Both the position numbers and the translations under genes were made by a program. A model generated the notes under the pieces. It did no database searches, was not told the DNA's origin, and saw only the letters and a list, made by a program, of their open reading frames with translations. Positions 10,536 through 21,699 of a stretch of 64,000 nucleotides of DNA are shown one piece after another. Every line of letters begins with the position of its first letter. Positions within the stretch are counted from its first letter, which is position 1. The stretch lies in sequence record SRR20825019_2588; one strand, given 5' to 3'.

Positions 10536-11558
10536 GTGAGTAAACAAGTTGATGTTGCAGTCGTTGGCGCCACTGGTGCTGTCGGTGAAACCATGCTGGA
10601 AATTCTGCACCAGCGCAATTTCCCGGTCGGTAAAGTCTATGCCCTAGCCAGTGAGCGCAGTGCCGGCAGCAGAGTCAGTTTCGGTAACAAATCCCTGGTT
10701 GTAGAGGACCTGGCAACATTTGATTTTTCCAAAGTGCAGGTCGGATTGTTTTCTCCCGGTGCCAGTGTCTCGGCCGAATATGCCCCTAAAGCCGCAGCAG
10801 CCGGTTGTGTGGTCATCGATAATACCTCTCAGTTCCGTTATGACAAAGACATCCCCCTTGTCGTGCCGGAAGTGAATCCGGATGCTGTAGCGGACTACAA
10901 AAACCGGGGCATTATTGCCAACCCTAATTGTTCAACCATTCAGATGATGGTTGCGCTGAAGCCTATCTATGATGCGGTCGGCATTACCCGCATTAATGTC
11001 TGCACTTATCAGGCAGTATCAGGCTCAGGCAAGCCGGCAATGGATGAATTGGCCAAACAAACCGCTGATCTGCTCAATGGTCGCCCGGTTGAAGCCAGCG
11101 TGTATCCCAAACAAATTGCATTTAACGTGCTGCCGCAAATTGATGTATTCCAGGATAACGGTTACACCAAGGAAGAGATGAAGATGGTCTGGGAGACCCG
11201 CAAAATCATGGGTGATGAGAACATCCTGGTCAATCCGACAGCGGTTCGTGTGCCGGTCTTTTTTGGTCATTCTGAAGCCATTCATATTGAAACCCGTGAC
11301 AAGATGACAGCAGAGCAGGCCACGGCTTTACTCAAGCAGTCGCCGGGTATTGTTGTACTCGATGAGCACAATGATGGTGGCTATCCCACCGCAGTGTCTG
11401 AAGCATCCGGTCATGACCCGGTCTACGTCGGTCGTATCCGTGAAGATATTTCGCATCCCAAAGGTTTGAATTTGTGGGTGGTTGCGGATAATGTACGTAA
11501 AGGCGCGGCATTGAACAGCGTACAGATTGCAGAAGTCCTGGTCGAAAACTACCTTTGA
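10536..11558 (+). CDS. asd: Aspartate-semialdehyde dehydrogenase
   Basis: VVGATGAVG, NPNCSTIQ, DNVRKGAALN. Confidence 0.96.
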   Translation: MSKQVDVAVVGATGAVGETMLEILHQRNFPVGKVYALASERSAGSRVSFGNKSLVVEDLATFDFSKVQVGLFSPGASVSAEYAPKAAAAGCVVIDNTSQFRYDKDIPLVVPEVNPDAVADYKNRGIIANPNCSTIQMMVALKPIYDAVGITRINVCTYQAVSGSGKPAMDELAKQTADLLNGRPVEASVYPKQIAFNVLPQIDVFQDNGYTKEEMKMVWETRKIMGDENILVNPTAVRVPVFFGHSEAIHIETRDKMTAEQATALLKQSPGIVVLDEHNDGGYPTAVSEASGHDPVYVGRIREDISHPKGLNLWVVADNVRKGAALNSVQIAEVLVENYL

Positions 11559-11582
11559 TCAGCGCATAAGGAAGATGAGGGG

Positions 11583-14207
11583 ATGAAGATGAAGAAACAG
11601 GTTCTGGCCGGAATGGTGGCTGCTGCCACGATGGGCTTTTTCACTCCCCTCACCAGCCACGCTTTCGGGCTGGGCAAGATTGACGTCATGTCAGCGCTGA
11701 ACGAACCCTTCAGAGCTGAGATTGGCTTGACGGCACTTCGACCCGAAGAGAAAGATAATCTGCAGGTGAAGATGGCATCCGATGCTGAGTTCACCAAAGC
11801 CGGGCTTAATCGGAGCATGCTGCTTAACCAGATGCAGTTCGATATTATAGAATCCGGTGGTCGTAATAAGATTCTCATTACTTCCAAACAGCCTATCAAA
11901 GAGCCTTTCCTGGACTTTCTCATCTCAGCAACTGCCGGATCCGGGATTCTGATTCGTGAATACACTGTCTTGCTGGATCCGCCAGAGTATGTAACCGCAG
12001 CGAGCAGAAGCTCTTCAAGTTATGCTGAGAAACCGGCTCAAACCGCTGCTCAGGAATCCAGCACGACCCGTTATAAGTACGCACAAAGCAGTGGCTATAG
12101 TGGCAGCAGCTATGACGTAAAACGAAGTGATACGTTGTGGAATGTCGCACTGGAGACACGGCCGGGCAGTGATGTCAGTGTGCATCAGATGATGATGGCC
12201 TTGCTCAATGCGAATCCTGATGCCTTTACCAATCAGAATGTGAACGGACTCAGAGCGGGCGTGACATTGCAGATTCCCTCACGCAATGAGATTACAGCCA
12301 TGTCCTCCGCTGCTGCCAGAGCCGCCTTTGCCGAGCAGAACCAAGCCTGGAGCAACCGTAACCGTCAGCCAACACAAACCGCTGCAGTGACGACCCAGGC
12401 CAATGCTGAATCTGCACAAACACAGGAAACAGCGACAGCCGAGCCGGAAACACAGGCTGAAGCGAATACAACGACTGCTGCTGACAGACCGGAACTGACT
12501 ACCGGCGCAGACACCACAGACACTGAAACAGCAGAAGGGCGTCTGCAACTGGTTGCGCCCGAAGATGCTGACACTTCTGAAGATGATGCCTCACCGAATG
12601 TGGCTGGCAACGAAGATATCAAAAAGCTTACTGAGCAATTGACGCTGGCTCAGGAAACCATCGAAACCCAGACCCAGGAAAACATCGACTTCAAAGAACG
12701 TATGGATGCCATGGAAGAGCAACTGGAAACCATGCGTCGACTGATTTCACTGAAAGATGCTGATCTGGCCCGCCTGCAGTCCATGCTTGAGGAAGAAGAC
12801 CCGGCACTGGCTGCACAGGCCGCCGCTGTGGTCGAGTCGGAAGCGGGTGAAAGCGCAGCAGAAGACCAGGCGAAAGATGTCCCATCCACCGATACCATGC
12901 CTGATGCAGAGCCTCAAATGGCAGCAACGGGCATTGACAACACATCGGAAACCGAACCGTCACAAGCTGGGCAAACTGGCGCAGATAGCGATGTTATCGA
13001 CAATACCGCTGAAGCACTGAACCTGGATGCTGACCAGGTACAATCTACCATCGATCAGGTCAAGCAATTTGTTAATGACAACAAACTGCCGACGGCGCTG
13101 GGATTATTGTTAGTTTTGTTACTCCTGTGGCTGCTGGCTCGCCGCAGTCGTCGTGAAGTGACCTGGGATGAAGCCGTTCAGAAAATGGATAAGGCCGATA
13201 AAAATGAGGCCACTAAATCGACAGTTATCACGCCGGTCAATGATGATGATATGACCGATGCGCCCTTGTCAGAACAGGAACACGAACAGGAAAAATCAGT
13301 TTCAGAACTGATTGAACAGGCGGATATGTTTGTCGGCTATGCCGACTATGTCCAGGCGCGTTCTTCGCTGGAACAGGCCAGAAGTATGGAGCCTGGCAAT
13401 ACCCTGGTTGCATACAAGCTGCTGTTTGTGCTTTACAAACAACAGAGAACGGATGAATTCGTTGCCCTGGCAGAAGAAGTGCCGTTCGAAACCGACAGCT
13501 TTGAATGGCTTGAGATTAAACAATGGGGTAGAGAGCTGGCTCCCACTCACAACCTGTTTGCTGATCAGCAAGCAGAACCGGTACAGGCTCAAGAAAGCCA
13601 CGTTGAGACAGTATCAGACTCGGACATAGCAACGGACGGTGATCAGGTAGAACCGGACTCTGATGTGGAAGCTGAAGTCGTAACCGAGGACAGCGGTCAT
13701 ATCGAGTTTGATCTGAATGACTTTGCAGACAGCGAAGCCAAATCCGAGCCAGAGGAAGAGGTCAGTAGCAACAAAAAACCGGCTGATGACCTTGATGATG
13801 ATTTACTGTCATTTGACACAAACTCCGGTCTTGATGACAAAGTCGAAGCATCCGAAGATGACCAGGCCGATGCTCCGCTGGAACTTGATATTACTGAAGA
13901 TGACGAGCGTGATGACACCTTGTCCTTTGATGAGAACATCGAGCCTGCTCCCCCGGAGCTTGAAGAGGCTGACGAATTATTAAATCAGTCAGAATTCGCT
14001 GAAACAAGTGATGAAGCGCCAGACCTTGAATTTGATATCGATGACCTGGATGAGATCGACGAGGCCGAGACCAAGCTTGACTTAGCCGCAGCCTATATCG
14101 ATATGGGGGACCCGGATGGTGCCCGTAGCATACTCAATGAAGTGCTGGTAGAAGGTAACGACGAGCAGAAGAACCGGGCTCACGATTTGCTCAATTCCCT
14201 GTCATAA
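11583..14207 (+). CDS. fimV: FimV/HubP polar landmark protein
   Basis: LGKIDVMSALNEPF N-domain, LysM (DTLWNVA), coiled coil, TM, acidic region, C-terminal KLDLAAAYIDMGD; lies between asd and truA. Confidence 0.93.
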   Translation: MKMKKQVLAGMVAAATMGFFTPLTSHAFGLGKIDVMSALNEPFRAEIGLTALRPEEKDNLQVKMASDAEFTKAGLNRSMLLNQMQFDIIESGGRNKILITSKQPIKEPFLDFLISATAGSGILIREYTVLLDPPEYVTAASRSSSSYAEKPAQTAAQESSTTRYKYAQSSGYSGSSYDVKRSDTLWNVALETRPGSDVSVHQMMMALLNANPDAFTNQNVNGLRAGVTLQIPSRNEITAMSSAAARAAFAEQNQAWSNRNRQPTQTAAVTTQANAESAQTQETATAEPETQAEANTTTAADRPELTTGADTTDTETAEGRLQLVAPEDADTSEDDASPNVAGNEDIKKLTEQLTLAQETIETQTQENIDFKERMDAMEEQLETMRRLISLKDADLARLQSMLEEEDPALAAQAAAVVESEAGESAAEDQAKDVPSTDTMPDAEPQMAATGIDNTSETEPSQAGQTGADSDVIDNTAEALNLDADQVQSTIDQVKQFVNDNKLPTALGLLLVLLLLWLLARRSRREVTWDEAVQKMDKADKNEATKSTVITPVNDDDMTDAPLSEQEHEQEKSVSELIEQADMFVGYADYVQARSSLEQARSMEPGNTLVAYKLLFVLYKQQRTDEFVALAEEVPFETDSFEWLEIKQWGRELAPTHNLFADQQAEPVQAQESHVETVSDSDIATDGDQVEPDSDVEAEVVTEDSGHIEFDLNDFADSEAKSEPEEEVSSNKKPADDLDDDLLSFDTNSGLDDKVEASEDDQADAPLELDITEDDERDDTLSFDENIEPAPPELEEADELLNQSEFAETSDEAPDLEFDIDDLDEIDEAETKLDLAAAYIDMGDPDGARSILNEVLVEGNDEQKNRAHDLLNSLS

Positions 14208-14219
14208 GCGGGTCTGGAT

Positions 14220-14999
14220 GTGAGGATTGCACTCGGCGTCGAATATGCCGGAACAGCTTTTTGCGGCTGGCAGTATCAGCCCCACGGCCGAACCGTGCAG
14301 GATGAACTGCAAAAAGCTGTTTCTAAAGTCGCCAATCATCAAATAGAAGTTTTCGCCGCAGGCAGAACCGACACCGGTGTGCATGCGCTCAATCAGGTGG
14401 TGCATTTTGATACCCCATCGCTCCGTGAACTACGGGGCTGGTTGCTGGGTATCAATGCCAACCTTCCCAAAGATATCGCCGTCACCTGGGTCAGACAGGT
14501 CGATGATGACTTCAATGCCCGTTTTACCGCGATCAAGCGCAGCTACCGCTATTTGATTCTGAACCGATTGAGCCGTTCGGCTGTACATCATCAGCGTATG
14601 TGGTGGCACTATCATCCACTGGATATCGAGCGGATGCAGGCGGCGGCGTCACAACTGGTCGGCCGTCACGACTTTTCAGCTTTCCGCGCCAGTGAGTGTC
14701 AGGCCAAAAGCCCGATAAAAACACTGGATAAAATCGAAATCAGCAAGCAAGGCGATTGTATTGCTGTTGATGTTGAGGCACGTTCCTTTTTGCATCACAT
14801 GGTGCGCAACCTTGTGGGAGTGATGGCAGCGATTGGTGATGGCAGCAAGCCGGTCGAATGGGCGGGGGAAGTGCTGAGAAGCGCAGACAGAAGCCGGGGC
14901 GGCATTACTGCGCCGCCGGAAGGCTTGTATCTGGTCGATGTCCGCTACCCGGAACAATATTCTTTACCAACAGTGTCGGGTTTTCCGGTGCTCTGGTAA
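14220..14999 (+). CDS. truA: tRNA pseudouridine(38-40) synthase
   Basis: AGRTDTGVHA, FLHHMVRN. Confidence 0.96.
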   Translation: MRIALGVEYAGTAFCGWQYQPHGRTVQDELQKAVSKVANHQIEVFAAGRTDTGVHALNQVVHFDTPSLRELRGWLLGINANLPKDIAVTWVRQVDDDFNARFTAIKRSYRYLILNRLSRSAVHHQRMWWHYHPLDIERMQAAASQLVGRHDFSAFRASECQAKSPIKTLDKIEISKQGDCIAVDVEARSFLHHMVRNLVGVMAAIGDGSKPVEWAGEVLRSADRSRGGITAPPEGLYLVDVRYPEQYSLPTVSGFPVLW

Positions 15000-15035
15000 A
15001 GTATCACAACGATTACAGAACTATTTCAGAGCGTA

Positions 15036-15650
15036 ATGAGAACCCGTGTCAAAATCTGCGGCATGACCCGTCGCCAAGATGCTGATTTTGCAGCCGAATC
15101 CGGTGCAGATGCGATAGGTTTGGTGTTTTATCCGCCCAGTCCACGCGCGCTCACTATTGCGCAGGCTCAGGAAGTTGTGGCGGGAATTGCACCGTTTGTC
15201 ACAGTGGTTGGCTTGTTTGTGAACCCGGATAAAGAACTGGTTTCACAGTGCCTTGACGCGCTACCCATTGATATAATTCAGTTTCACGGTGATGAAAGTC
15301 CGGCTTTCTGTGAGCAGTTTGCCAGGCCCTATATCAAGGCCATCAGAATGAAGCCGGGCACGGACCTGAAACAGGTGACTGAAGCTCACCGGGCAGCCCG
15401 CGGTTTTCTGCTGGATGCCTATCAACCGGGTGTTCCCGGTGGGACAGGTAAAACATTCGACTGGTCTCTGATTGCCGATATAGACCGGCCCGTGATTCTG
15501 GCCGGAGGCTTGAATGCTGGCAATGTCCAGCAAGCGATACAACAAGTGCGACCTTTCGCGGTCGATGTCAGTGGTGGCGTCGAGAGTGAAAAGGGAATAA
15601 AAAGTCATGACAAGATCAGCGCTTTTATGAGAGAGGTAGCTAATGCTTGA
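15036..15650 (+). CDS. trpF: Phosphoribosylanthranilate isomerase
   Basis: [28 protein letters not shown]. Confidence 0.96.
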   Translation: MRTRVKICGMTRRQDADFAAESGADAIGLVFYPPSPRALTIAQAQEVVAGIAPFVTVVGLFVNPDKELVSQCLDALPIDIIQFHGDESPAFCEQFARPYIKAIRMKPGTDLKQVTEAHRAARGFLLDAYQPGVPGGTGKTFDWSLIADIDRPVILAGGLNAGNVQQAIQQVRPFAVDVSGGVESEKGIKSHDKISAFMREVANA

Positions 15651-16863
15651 ACAGCATATCCACGATTACTTTAAGAATTTCCCCGATTCACGGGGACATT
15701 TCGGCCCTTATGGTGGCCGTTTTGTAGGTGAAACCCTGATGGGGGCCATCTACGAACTGGAACAGGCCTACCAGCAATATCGTGATGACCCAGACTTTCT
15801 GGCCGAAATGGATAAGGATCTGAGTACCTTTGTCGGCCGACCTTCACCTCTCTATCTGGCTGAAAACTGGACGCAAAAGCTGGGTGGTGCCCAGATTTAT
15901 CTCAAGCGTGAGGATTTAAATCACACCGGCGCGCACAAAGTGAATAACACCATTGGCCAGGCACTGCTGGCCAAACGGATGGGGAAAAACCGGATTATTG
16001 CTGAAACCGGTGCCGGTCAGCATGGTGTCGCTACTGCCACGGTCGCAGCCAGGCTGGGGATGGAATGTGTGGTCTACATGGGTGCTGAAGACGTTGAACG
16101 TCAGGCACAGAATGTTTACCGGATGAAATTGCTCGGTGCCCAGGTCGTACCGGTGGAATCTGGTTCGCGCACACTGAAAGATGCCTTGAATGAAGCCCTG
16201 CGTGACTGGGTGACGAATGTGGATGATACTTTCTACATTATCGGCACTGTCGCCGGCCCGCATCCTTATCCTGCCATGGTGCGGGACTTCCAGTCTGTGA
16301 TTGGCCGCGAGACCAAGCAACAGGTACTGGAAAAAACCGGCAAGCTGCCGGATGCGCTGCTCGCCTGCATCGGTGGTGGCTCTAATGCCATCGGTCTGTT
16401 CTATCCCTTTATCGAAGATGAGTCAGTGGCTATGTACGGCGTTGAAGGCGCCGGCCATGGTATCGAAACCGGTCAGCATTCAGCACCACTGAGTGCGGGC
16501 AGACCGGGCGTTCTGCATGGCAACCGTACTTATCTGATGCAGGATGAAAACGGCGAAATTATCGAAACACATTCGATTTCAGCCGGCCTGGATTATCCGG
16601 GTGTCGGTCCTGAACATGCCTGGCTGAAAGATATCGGTCGCGCCAAATACATTTCCGTGACTGATGATGAAGCGCTTGCCGCGTTTCACGAATTAACCCG
16701 TACCGAAGGCATTATTCCGGCACTGGAATCCAGTCATGCTCTGGCTTACGCCAGCAAGCTGGCCCCGACCATGTCTTCGGATCAAACACTTGTTATCAAC
16801 CTGTCGGGTCGCGGTGACAAGGATATGCATACAGTCGCAGCTATGGCTGGTTTGAATTTTTAG
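15643..16863 (+). CDS. trpB: Tryptophan synthase beta chain
   Basis: [34 protein letters not shown]. Confidence 0.98.
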   Translation: MLEQHIHDYFKNFPDSRGHFGPYGGRFVGETLMGAIYELEQAYQQYRDDPDFLAEMDKDLSTFVGRPSPLYLAENWTQKLGGAQIYLKREDLNHTGAHKVNNTIGQALLAKRMGKNRIIAETGAGQHGVATATVAARLGMECVVYMGAEDVERQAQNVYRMKLLGAQVVPVESGSRTLKDALNEALRDWVTNVDDTFYIIGTVAGPHPYPAMVRDFQSVIGRETKQQVLEKTGKLPDALLACIGGGSNAIGLFYPFIEDESVAMYGVEGAGHGIETGQHSAPLSAGRPGVLHGNRTYLMQDENGEIIETHSISAGLDYPGVGPEHAWLKDIGRAKYISVTDDEALAAFHELTRTEGIIPALESSHALAYASKLAPTMSSDQTLVINLSGRGDKDMHTVAAMAGLNF

Positions 16864-16872
16864 GGAGCCACA

Positions 16873-17694
16873 ATGAGTCGCATTAGCCAGTGTTTTGAAA
16901 GTTTAAAAGCCGATGGTCAGACCGCACTGATCCCTTATGTCACAGCTGGTGATCCGGAACCCTGGGTCACGGTGCCGCTGTTGCACGCCCTGGTCGATGC
17001 CGGTGCCGATATTATCGAGCTGGGTATTCCGTTTTCGGATCCCATGTGTGACGGTCCGGTAATCCAGAAAGCCTGTGAGCGTGCATTAAAAAATGATGTC
17101 AGCCTCAAGCAGGTGCTGAAGATGGTGAAACAGTTCCGCGAGAAGAACAAAGAAACGCCGATTGTACTGATGGGCTATGCCAATCCTATCGAGGCCATAG
17201 GCTATCAGAACTTTGCCGAACTCGCTAAGGATGCCGGTGTTGACGGCGTGCTGACGGTCGACGTGCCGCCTGAAGAGTCTGACGAGTTCCGTCAGATCAT
17301 GGATGAGCATGACATCGATACCATCTATCTGGTGGCGCCCACCACTTCTCCTGAGCGGATGGCCACCATCGCAGGCTTTGCCCGCGGCTTTATCTATTAT
17401 GTCTCTATCAAAGGCGTGACCGGTGCAGCAGCACTGGATATCAACGAAGTTTCTCAGAAGCTCTCAGAACTGCGTGAAAAGACCCAGCTGCCGCTGGGAG
17501 TAGGCTTTGGTATCCGTGATGGTAAATCAGCAGCTGCCGTGTCTGAAATTGCTGACGCCGTCGTGGTCGGTTCGACTCTGGTGCGTTGTATTGAAGAGCA
17601 TGCAGACAAACTGGATGAATTGCCGGCCGCAGTTGCCGGTTTACTCGCAGAAATGCGCCACGCGATTAATGCCCGTGACCTGGCCAGTGCCTGA
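16873..17694 (+). CDS. trpA: Tryptophan synthase alpha chain
   Basis: IELGIPFSDP..DGPVIQ, GFGI, VVGS. Confidence 0.97.
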   Translation: MSRISQCFESLKADGQTALIPYVTAGDPEPWVTVPLLHALVDAGADIIELGIPFSDPMCDGPVIQKACERALKNDVSLKQVLKMVKQFREKNKETPIVLMGYANPIEAIGYQNFAELAKDAGVDGVLTVDVPPEESDEFRQIMDEHDIDTIYLVAPTTSPERMATIAGFARGFIYYVSIKGVTGAAALDINEVSQKLSELREKTQLPLGVGFGIRDGKSAAAVSEIADAVVVGSTLVRCIEEHADKLDELPAAVAGLLAEMRHAINARDLASA

Positions 17695-17715
17695 TTGCAA
17701 TTTTAAGGTGAAAAG

Positions 17716-18573
17716 ATGAGTTGGTTTGAAAGATTAATTCCGTCGAAGATTCGTACTACTGGCCGCAGCAAGTCAGTGCCAGAAGGAGTCTGGTGCAAAT
17801 GTCCAAGCTGTGACAGCGTGCTATACCGGGCTGAACTGGAACGCAATCTGATGGTCTGTCCGAAATGTGAGCATCATCAGCGTATCGGTGCCAGAAGCCG
17901 TCTGGAAAACTTTCTTGATGAGGATGAACGCAAAGAAATCGGCACAGAAGTTAAACCAATCGACACGCTGCGTTTCAAAGACAGCAAGCGTTATCGTGAC
18001 CGCATCAGCCAGGCCCAGAAAAACACCGGCGAGAACGATGCTTTAATTGCGATGCAGGGCAAGGTCAACAATCTGCCTGTGGTTGCTGTTGCCTTTGATT
18101 TCAGCTTTATGGGCGGCTCAATGGGCTCGGTAGTCGGTGAGAAATTTGTCCGTGCCGCACAGGTCGCGCTCAAGCACAATATGCCATTAATCTGTTTCTC
18201 TGCCAGTGGTGGGGCGCGGATGCAGGAAGGTCTATTCTCGCTGATGCAGATGGCAAAAACCAGCGCGATTCTGACCCAGCTGAGCGATGCCGGTATTCCT
18301 TTTATTTCGGTCATGACCGATCCCACTATGGGTGGCGTATCGGCCAGTCTTGCTATGCTGGGTGATATCAATGTCGCAGAACCCAAAGCCCTGATCGGCT
18401 TCGCCGGTCCACGGGTGATTGAGCAAACCGTTCGTGAAACGCTGCCGGAAGGATTCCAGCGTGCTGAATTTCTGCTGGATCATGGTGCCATCGATATGAT
18501 TGTTGACCGTCGCGATATGCGTGACCGTTTGACCAATGTATTGACCATGCTGCAAAAACGAGCTGCGGTCTGA
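17716..18573 (+). CDS. accD: Acetyl-CoA carboxylase carboxyltransferase beta subunit
   Basis: Zn finger [31 protein letters not shown]. Confidence 0.97.
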   Translation: MSWFERLIPSKIRTTGRSKSVPEGVWCKCPSCDSVLYRAELERNLMVCPKCEHHQRIGARSRLENFLDEDERKEIGTEVKPIDTLRFKDSKRYRDRISQAQKNTGENDALIAMQGKVNNLPVVAVAFDFSFMGGSMGSVVGEKFVRAAQVALKHNMPLICFSASGGARMQEGLFSLMQMAKTSAILTQLSDAGIPFISVMTDPTMGGVSASLAMLGDINVAEPKALIGFAGPRVIEQTVRETLPEGFQRAEFLLDHGAIDMIVDRRDMRDRLTNVLTMLQKRAAV

Positions 18574-18584
18574 TAAGGACTTCA

Positions 18585-19883
18585 ATGCGCTTCTCTTCTT
18601 TGTCGCAATGGCTGGCGTGGCAGGAGCACTTGCATTTCAGGGATATTGATCCCGGCCTGCAACGCGTAGGCGAGGTGTGGCAGCGCATGGGCGGCAGTAG
18701 CAGGCTGCCATTCAAAGTCGTCACGGTTGCCGGCACGAATGGCAAGGGCTCTTCAGTGGCGATTACGGCCGCTGTCCTGCAGGCAGCAGGCTACAGAACG
18801 GCAACCTATACCTCACCTCACCTGCTGCGTTATAACGAGCGGATCTGTATCGACAGTGTTGCCGCTGATGATAATGATATCTGTCAGGCATTCCAGCGTA
18901 TTGACGATGCCCGCGGTGACACCTCACTGACCTATTTTGAATTCGCGACCCTGGCCGCTGCCGATATTTTCTGCCGCGAAAATGTTGATATTGCGGTGTT
19001 GGAAGTGGGCATGGGCGGCAGGTTGGATGCTGTTAACCTGTTTGATACCGATGTGGCTTTGATTACGCCAATTGGCCTCGACCATATGCTGTGGCTGGGT
19101 GATAACCGGGAACTGATAGGTCGCGAAAAAGCCGGTATTATCCGTCGCGATAAACCGGTGGTCTGTTCTGAAGCCACACCGCCGCAAACAGTGATTGATT
19201 ATGCAGATAGCCTGGAAGCACCGAGTTTTCTGCGCGAACGCGACTTTTATTATCAGGATAATAACGAACACTGGCACTGGCGGAATGAAAATATCAGCTT
19301 CCAAAATCTGCCCTTGCCGGTACTGGCTGGAAAATACCAGCTACAGAACAGTGCTGCGGTACTTCAGGTCTGTTACTTACTGCATCAGCAGGGGCTGACG
19401 ATTAGCGAGCAAGCAATTCGTGATGGTTTAAGGAGAATACGCCTGTCAGGACGGTTTCAATTGATACCGGGACAGGTCACCCGAATACTGGATGTCACCC
19501 ATAATCAGCAGGGGGCTGAGAACCTCTGTAGCGTGCTTAAAGAGACTCAGAGCGAGGGTAAAACCTTTGCTGTGTTGGCGATGCTAAAGGATAAAGACTG
19601 CCAGGCTGTCGTTGAAGCATTGAGCCCGGCCATCGATGGCTGGTTCCTTGCCGGTCTCGAGGGTGACCGCGGGATGAGTGGTGTAGAGCTTGGCAGTCAG
19701 GTAGCGCCGCTCATTGGTGAGGATAAAACGGTTTGTTCGGAGACGGTCAAACAGGCCTACGAGGCGGCCATGAATGAAGCGCTTCCCGGTGACCGGGTAC
19801 TGATTTTCGGTTCATTCCATACCGTTGAGGCAGCGATGCTGTTCCTACCGGAGTGTCAGCAGCCGGTCTCTCAGGCAAGTTAA
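18585..19883 (+). CDS. folC: Bifunctional folylpolyglutamate/dihydrofolate synthase
   Basis: VAGTNGKGS, YTSPHL, EVGMGGRLDAVN. Confidence 0.96.
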   Translation: MRFSSLSQWLAWQEHLHFRDIDPGLQRVGEVWQRMGGSSRLPFKVVTVAGTNGKGSSVAITAAVLQAAGYRTATYTSPHLLRYNERICIDSVAADDNDICQAFQRIDDARGDTSLTYFEFATLAAADIFCRENVDIAVLEVGMGGRLDAVNLFDTDVALITPIGLDHMLWLGDNRELIGREKAGIIRRDKPVVCSEATPPQTVIDYADSLEAPSFLRERDFYYQDNNEHWHWRNENISFQNLPLPVLAGKYQLQNSAAVLQVCYLLHQQGLTISEQAIRDGLRRIRLSGRFQLIPGQVTRILDVTHNQQGAENLCSVLKETQSEGKTFAVLAMLKDKDCQAVVEALSPAIDGWFLAGLEGDRGMSGVELGSQVAPLIGEDKTVCSETVKQAYEAAMNEALPGDRVLIFGSFHTVEAAMLFLPECQQPVSQAS

Positions 19884-19887
19884 TCTT

Positions 19888-21693
19888 TCAATGCTGATAG
19901 AGGCGGGCAATGTCGGCCTGATGGTGCTCAATGACTTTAGCCCGTTTGATCTTCATCGTGGGTGTCATCATGCCGTTTTCAATCGTCCAGGGTTCAAGCG
20001 AGAGACTCACTCTCCGTATTTTGGCGTAGGCGGGAAAGTCGTGCAGTAACTGACGCAAACGCTGGATAACAAACTGTTGCAGCGATTTATCACCCAGGCT
20101 CTGGTTCTCCATCGGATTCAGATTTAATTGTTTGGCCAGACTGAACCACTTATCACTGTTAAGCACCAGCAAAGCAGATAAGTAGGATTCGCCCTCACCG
20201 ACAATCATCGCCTGTTCAAACAGTGCGTCTGACTGAATAGCGTTCTCCATATCAGCTGGCGGCACTTTCTCACCATTACTCAAAACCAGGATGTCCTTGA
20301 TACGGCCGGTAATGAAGATATGACCGGTATCCCCGATCCTTGCCTGGTCACCGGTATGCAGCCAGCCCTCGGCATTAATGGTCTGTGCAGTGGCTTTATG
20401 ATTATTCCAGTAACCCTGCATATTACCAGGACCTCGCACCATCAATTCATCATTATCCCCGACTTTGACAGCAACGCCCGGAATGGCTCGTCCGACACTG
20501 GCAGGGAAGTTATTATCCGGCTCATTGACACTGACCACCGGACTGGTCTCAGTCAGGCCGTAACCCTGCAATAAATTGAGGCCCAGGCCGATAAACAATC
20601 TGGAGGCCTGTTCCGGCAGTGGAGCGCCGCCACTGACAGCCAGACGCATTCTGCCACCCAGACGATCCAGTACTTTGCCAGCGACCAGCTTATTCAACAG
20701 TGGCAGCAGTATAAAACCGGGACGCCAGCTTCGGCGGCCTTGCCGATAGAGAAAGTGAGACCAGCCAATACGGGCATTGGCTTTAAACAGCATACGACTC
20801 AGCATGCCTTTTTCAGACAGCTGGGTCTGCAGGCGGGTATAAATGCGCTCGAAAATTCGCGGGACGGCAATCAGGATAGTTGGTTTAACCCGTTGTATAT
20901 CCTCAGCCAGCTGCGGAACCCCTCTTGAGTAGGCGACGGTGGCTCCGGCCATCATGGGCAGATAATATCCCGCGGTACGCTCCAGCGTATGCGACAGGGG
21001 CAGAAATGACAGGAATAAGTCATCAGCCAGAATATCAAAATACTGCAGTGAGCCGGCAGCAACGGAAAGCATATTATGATGGCTCAACATCACCCCTTTG
21101 GGGCGACCGGTGGTGCCGGAAGTATAGATAATAGAAGCCAGCTGATGAGGATCGGCATCCCATTCTCTTACGTCACCGCCTTCTTCTGGTAACCAGTCTT
21201 TGGCATAGACCACCGAACCATCGACGGGCTCATCGTCATCATTATTGATAATGATACGGACCAGGCTGTGTTCTTCGGTAATCGATGGCTGCAGACGCTT
21301 CCACTGATTATTGTTTTGCAGGAACAGGCATTTGACATCGGCATCCTGCAGGATATAAGCGACATTGTCCGGCCTGTCATCGGGATACAGCGGAACAACA
21401 ATGAGGCCCAGCCCCATAGCAGCCTGGTCGAAACAGACCCACTCCATACAATTACGCAGATTCAGTGCGACCCGGTCGCCCGGTTCCAGCATTTCCTCTG
21501 CCAGTGCTTTTTGCCAGCGAGCGATTTCCCGGGCAACTTCCCGCCAGTTTGTGCCATGCCAGTTATTGCTGTCGGCAGAATAGCTTTGATAGGCAATTTG
21601 CTCCGGGGAACGGGCCAGGCGCTCCAGAAACAGGCCGTAAAGCGTGCCTGCCTGTTCTGCTGAGATGTAATCTGTCTCTGCTTTAGCCATCAA
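19888..21693 (-). CDS. Long-chain fatty acid-CoA ligase (AMP-dependent synthetase)
   Basis: IIYTSGTTGRPKGVML, QGYGLTE, WLHTGD, GRIKD. Confidence 0.9.
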   Translation of the reverse strand: MMAKAETDYISAEQAGTLYGLFLERLARSPEQIAYQSYSADSNNWHGTNWREVAREIARWQKALAEEMLEPGDRVALNLRNCMEWVCFDQAAMGLGLIVVPLYPDDRPDNVAYILQDADVKCLFLQNNNQWKRLQPSITEEHSLVRIIINNDDDEPVDGSVVYAKDWLPEEGGDVREWDADPHQLASIIYTSGTTGRPKGVMLSHHNMLSVAAGSLQYFDILADDLFLSFLPLSHTLERTAGYYLPMMAGATVAYSRGVPQLAEDIQRVKPTILIAVPRIFERIYTRLQTQLSEKGMLSRMLFKANARIGWSHFLYRQGRRSWRPGFILLPLLNKLVAGKVLDRLGGRMRLAVSGGAPLPEQASRLFIGLGLNLLQGYGLTETSPVVSVNEPDNNFPASVGRAIPGVAVKVGDNDELMVRGPGNMQGYWNNHKATAQTINAEGWLHTGDQARIGDTGHIFITGRIKDILVLSNGEKVPPADMENAIQSDALFEQAMIVGEGESYLSALLVLNSDKWFSLAKQLNLNPMENQSLGDKSLQQFVIQRLRQLLHDFPAYAKIRRVSLSLEPWTIENGMMTPTMKIKRAKVIEHHQADIARLYQH

Positions 21694-21699
21694 TCCGGC

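Noticed and set aside
12300-14050. Low-complexity acidic/Ala-Thr-rich stretch suggesting repeats
   Set aside because: It is the normal disordered region of FimV; I saw no discrete DNA repeat.
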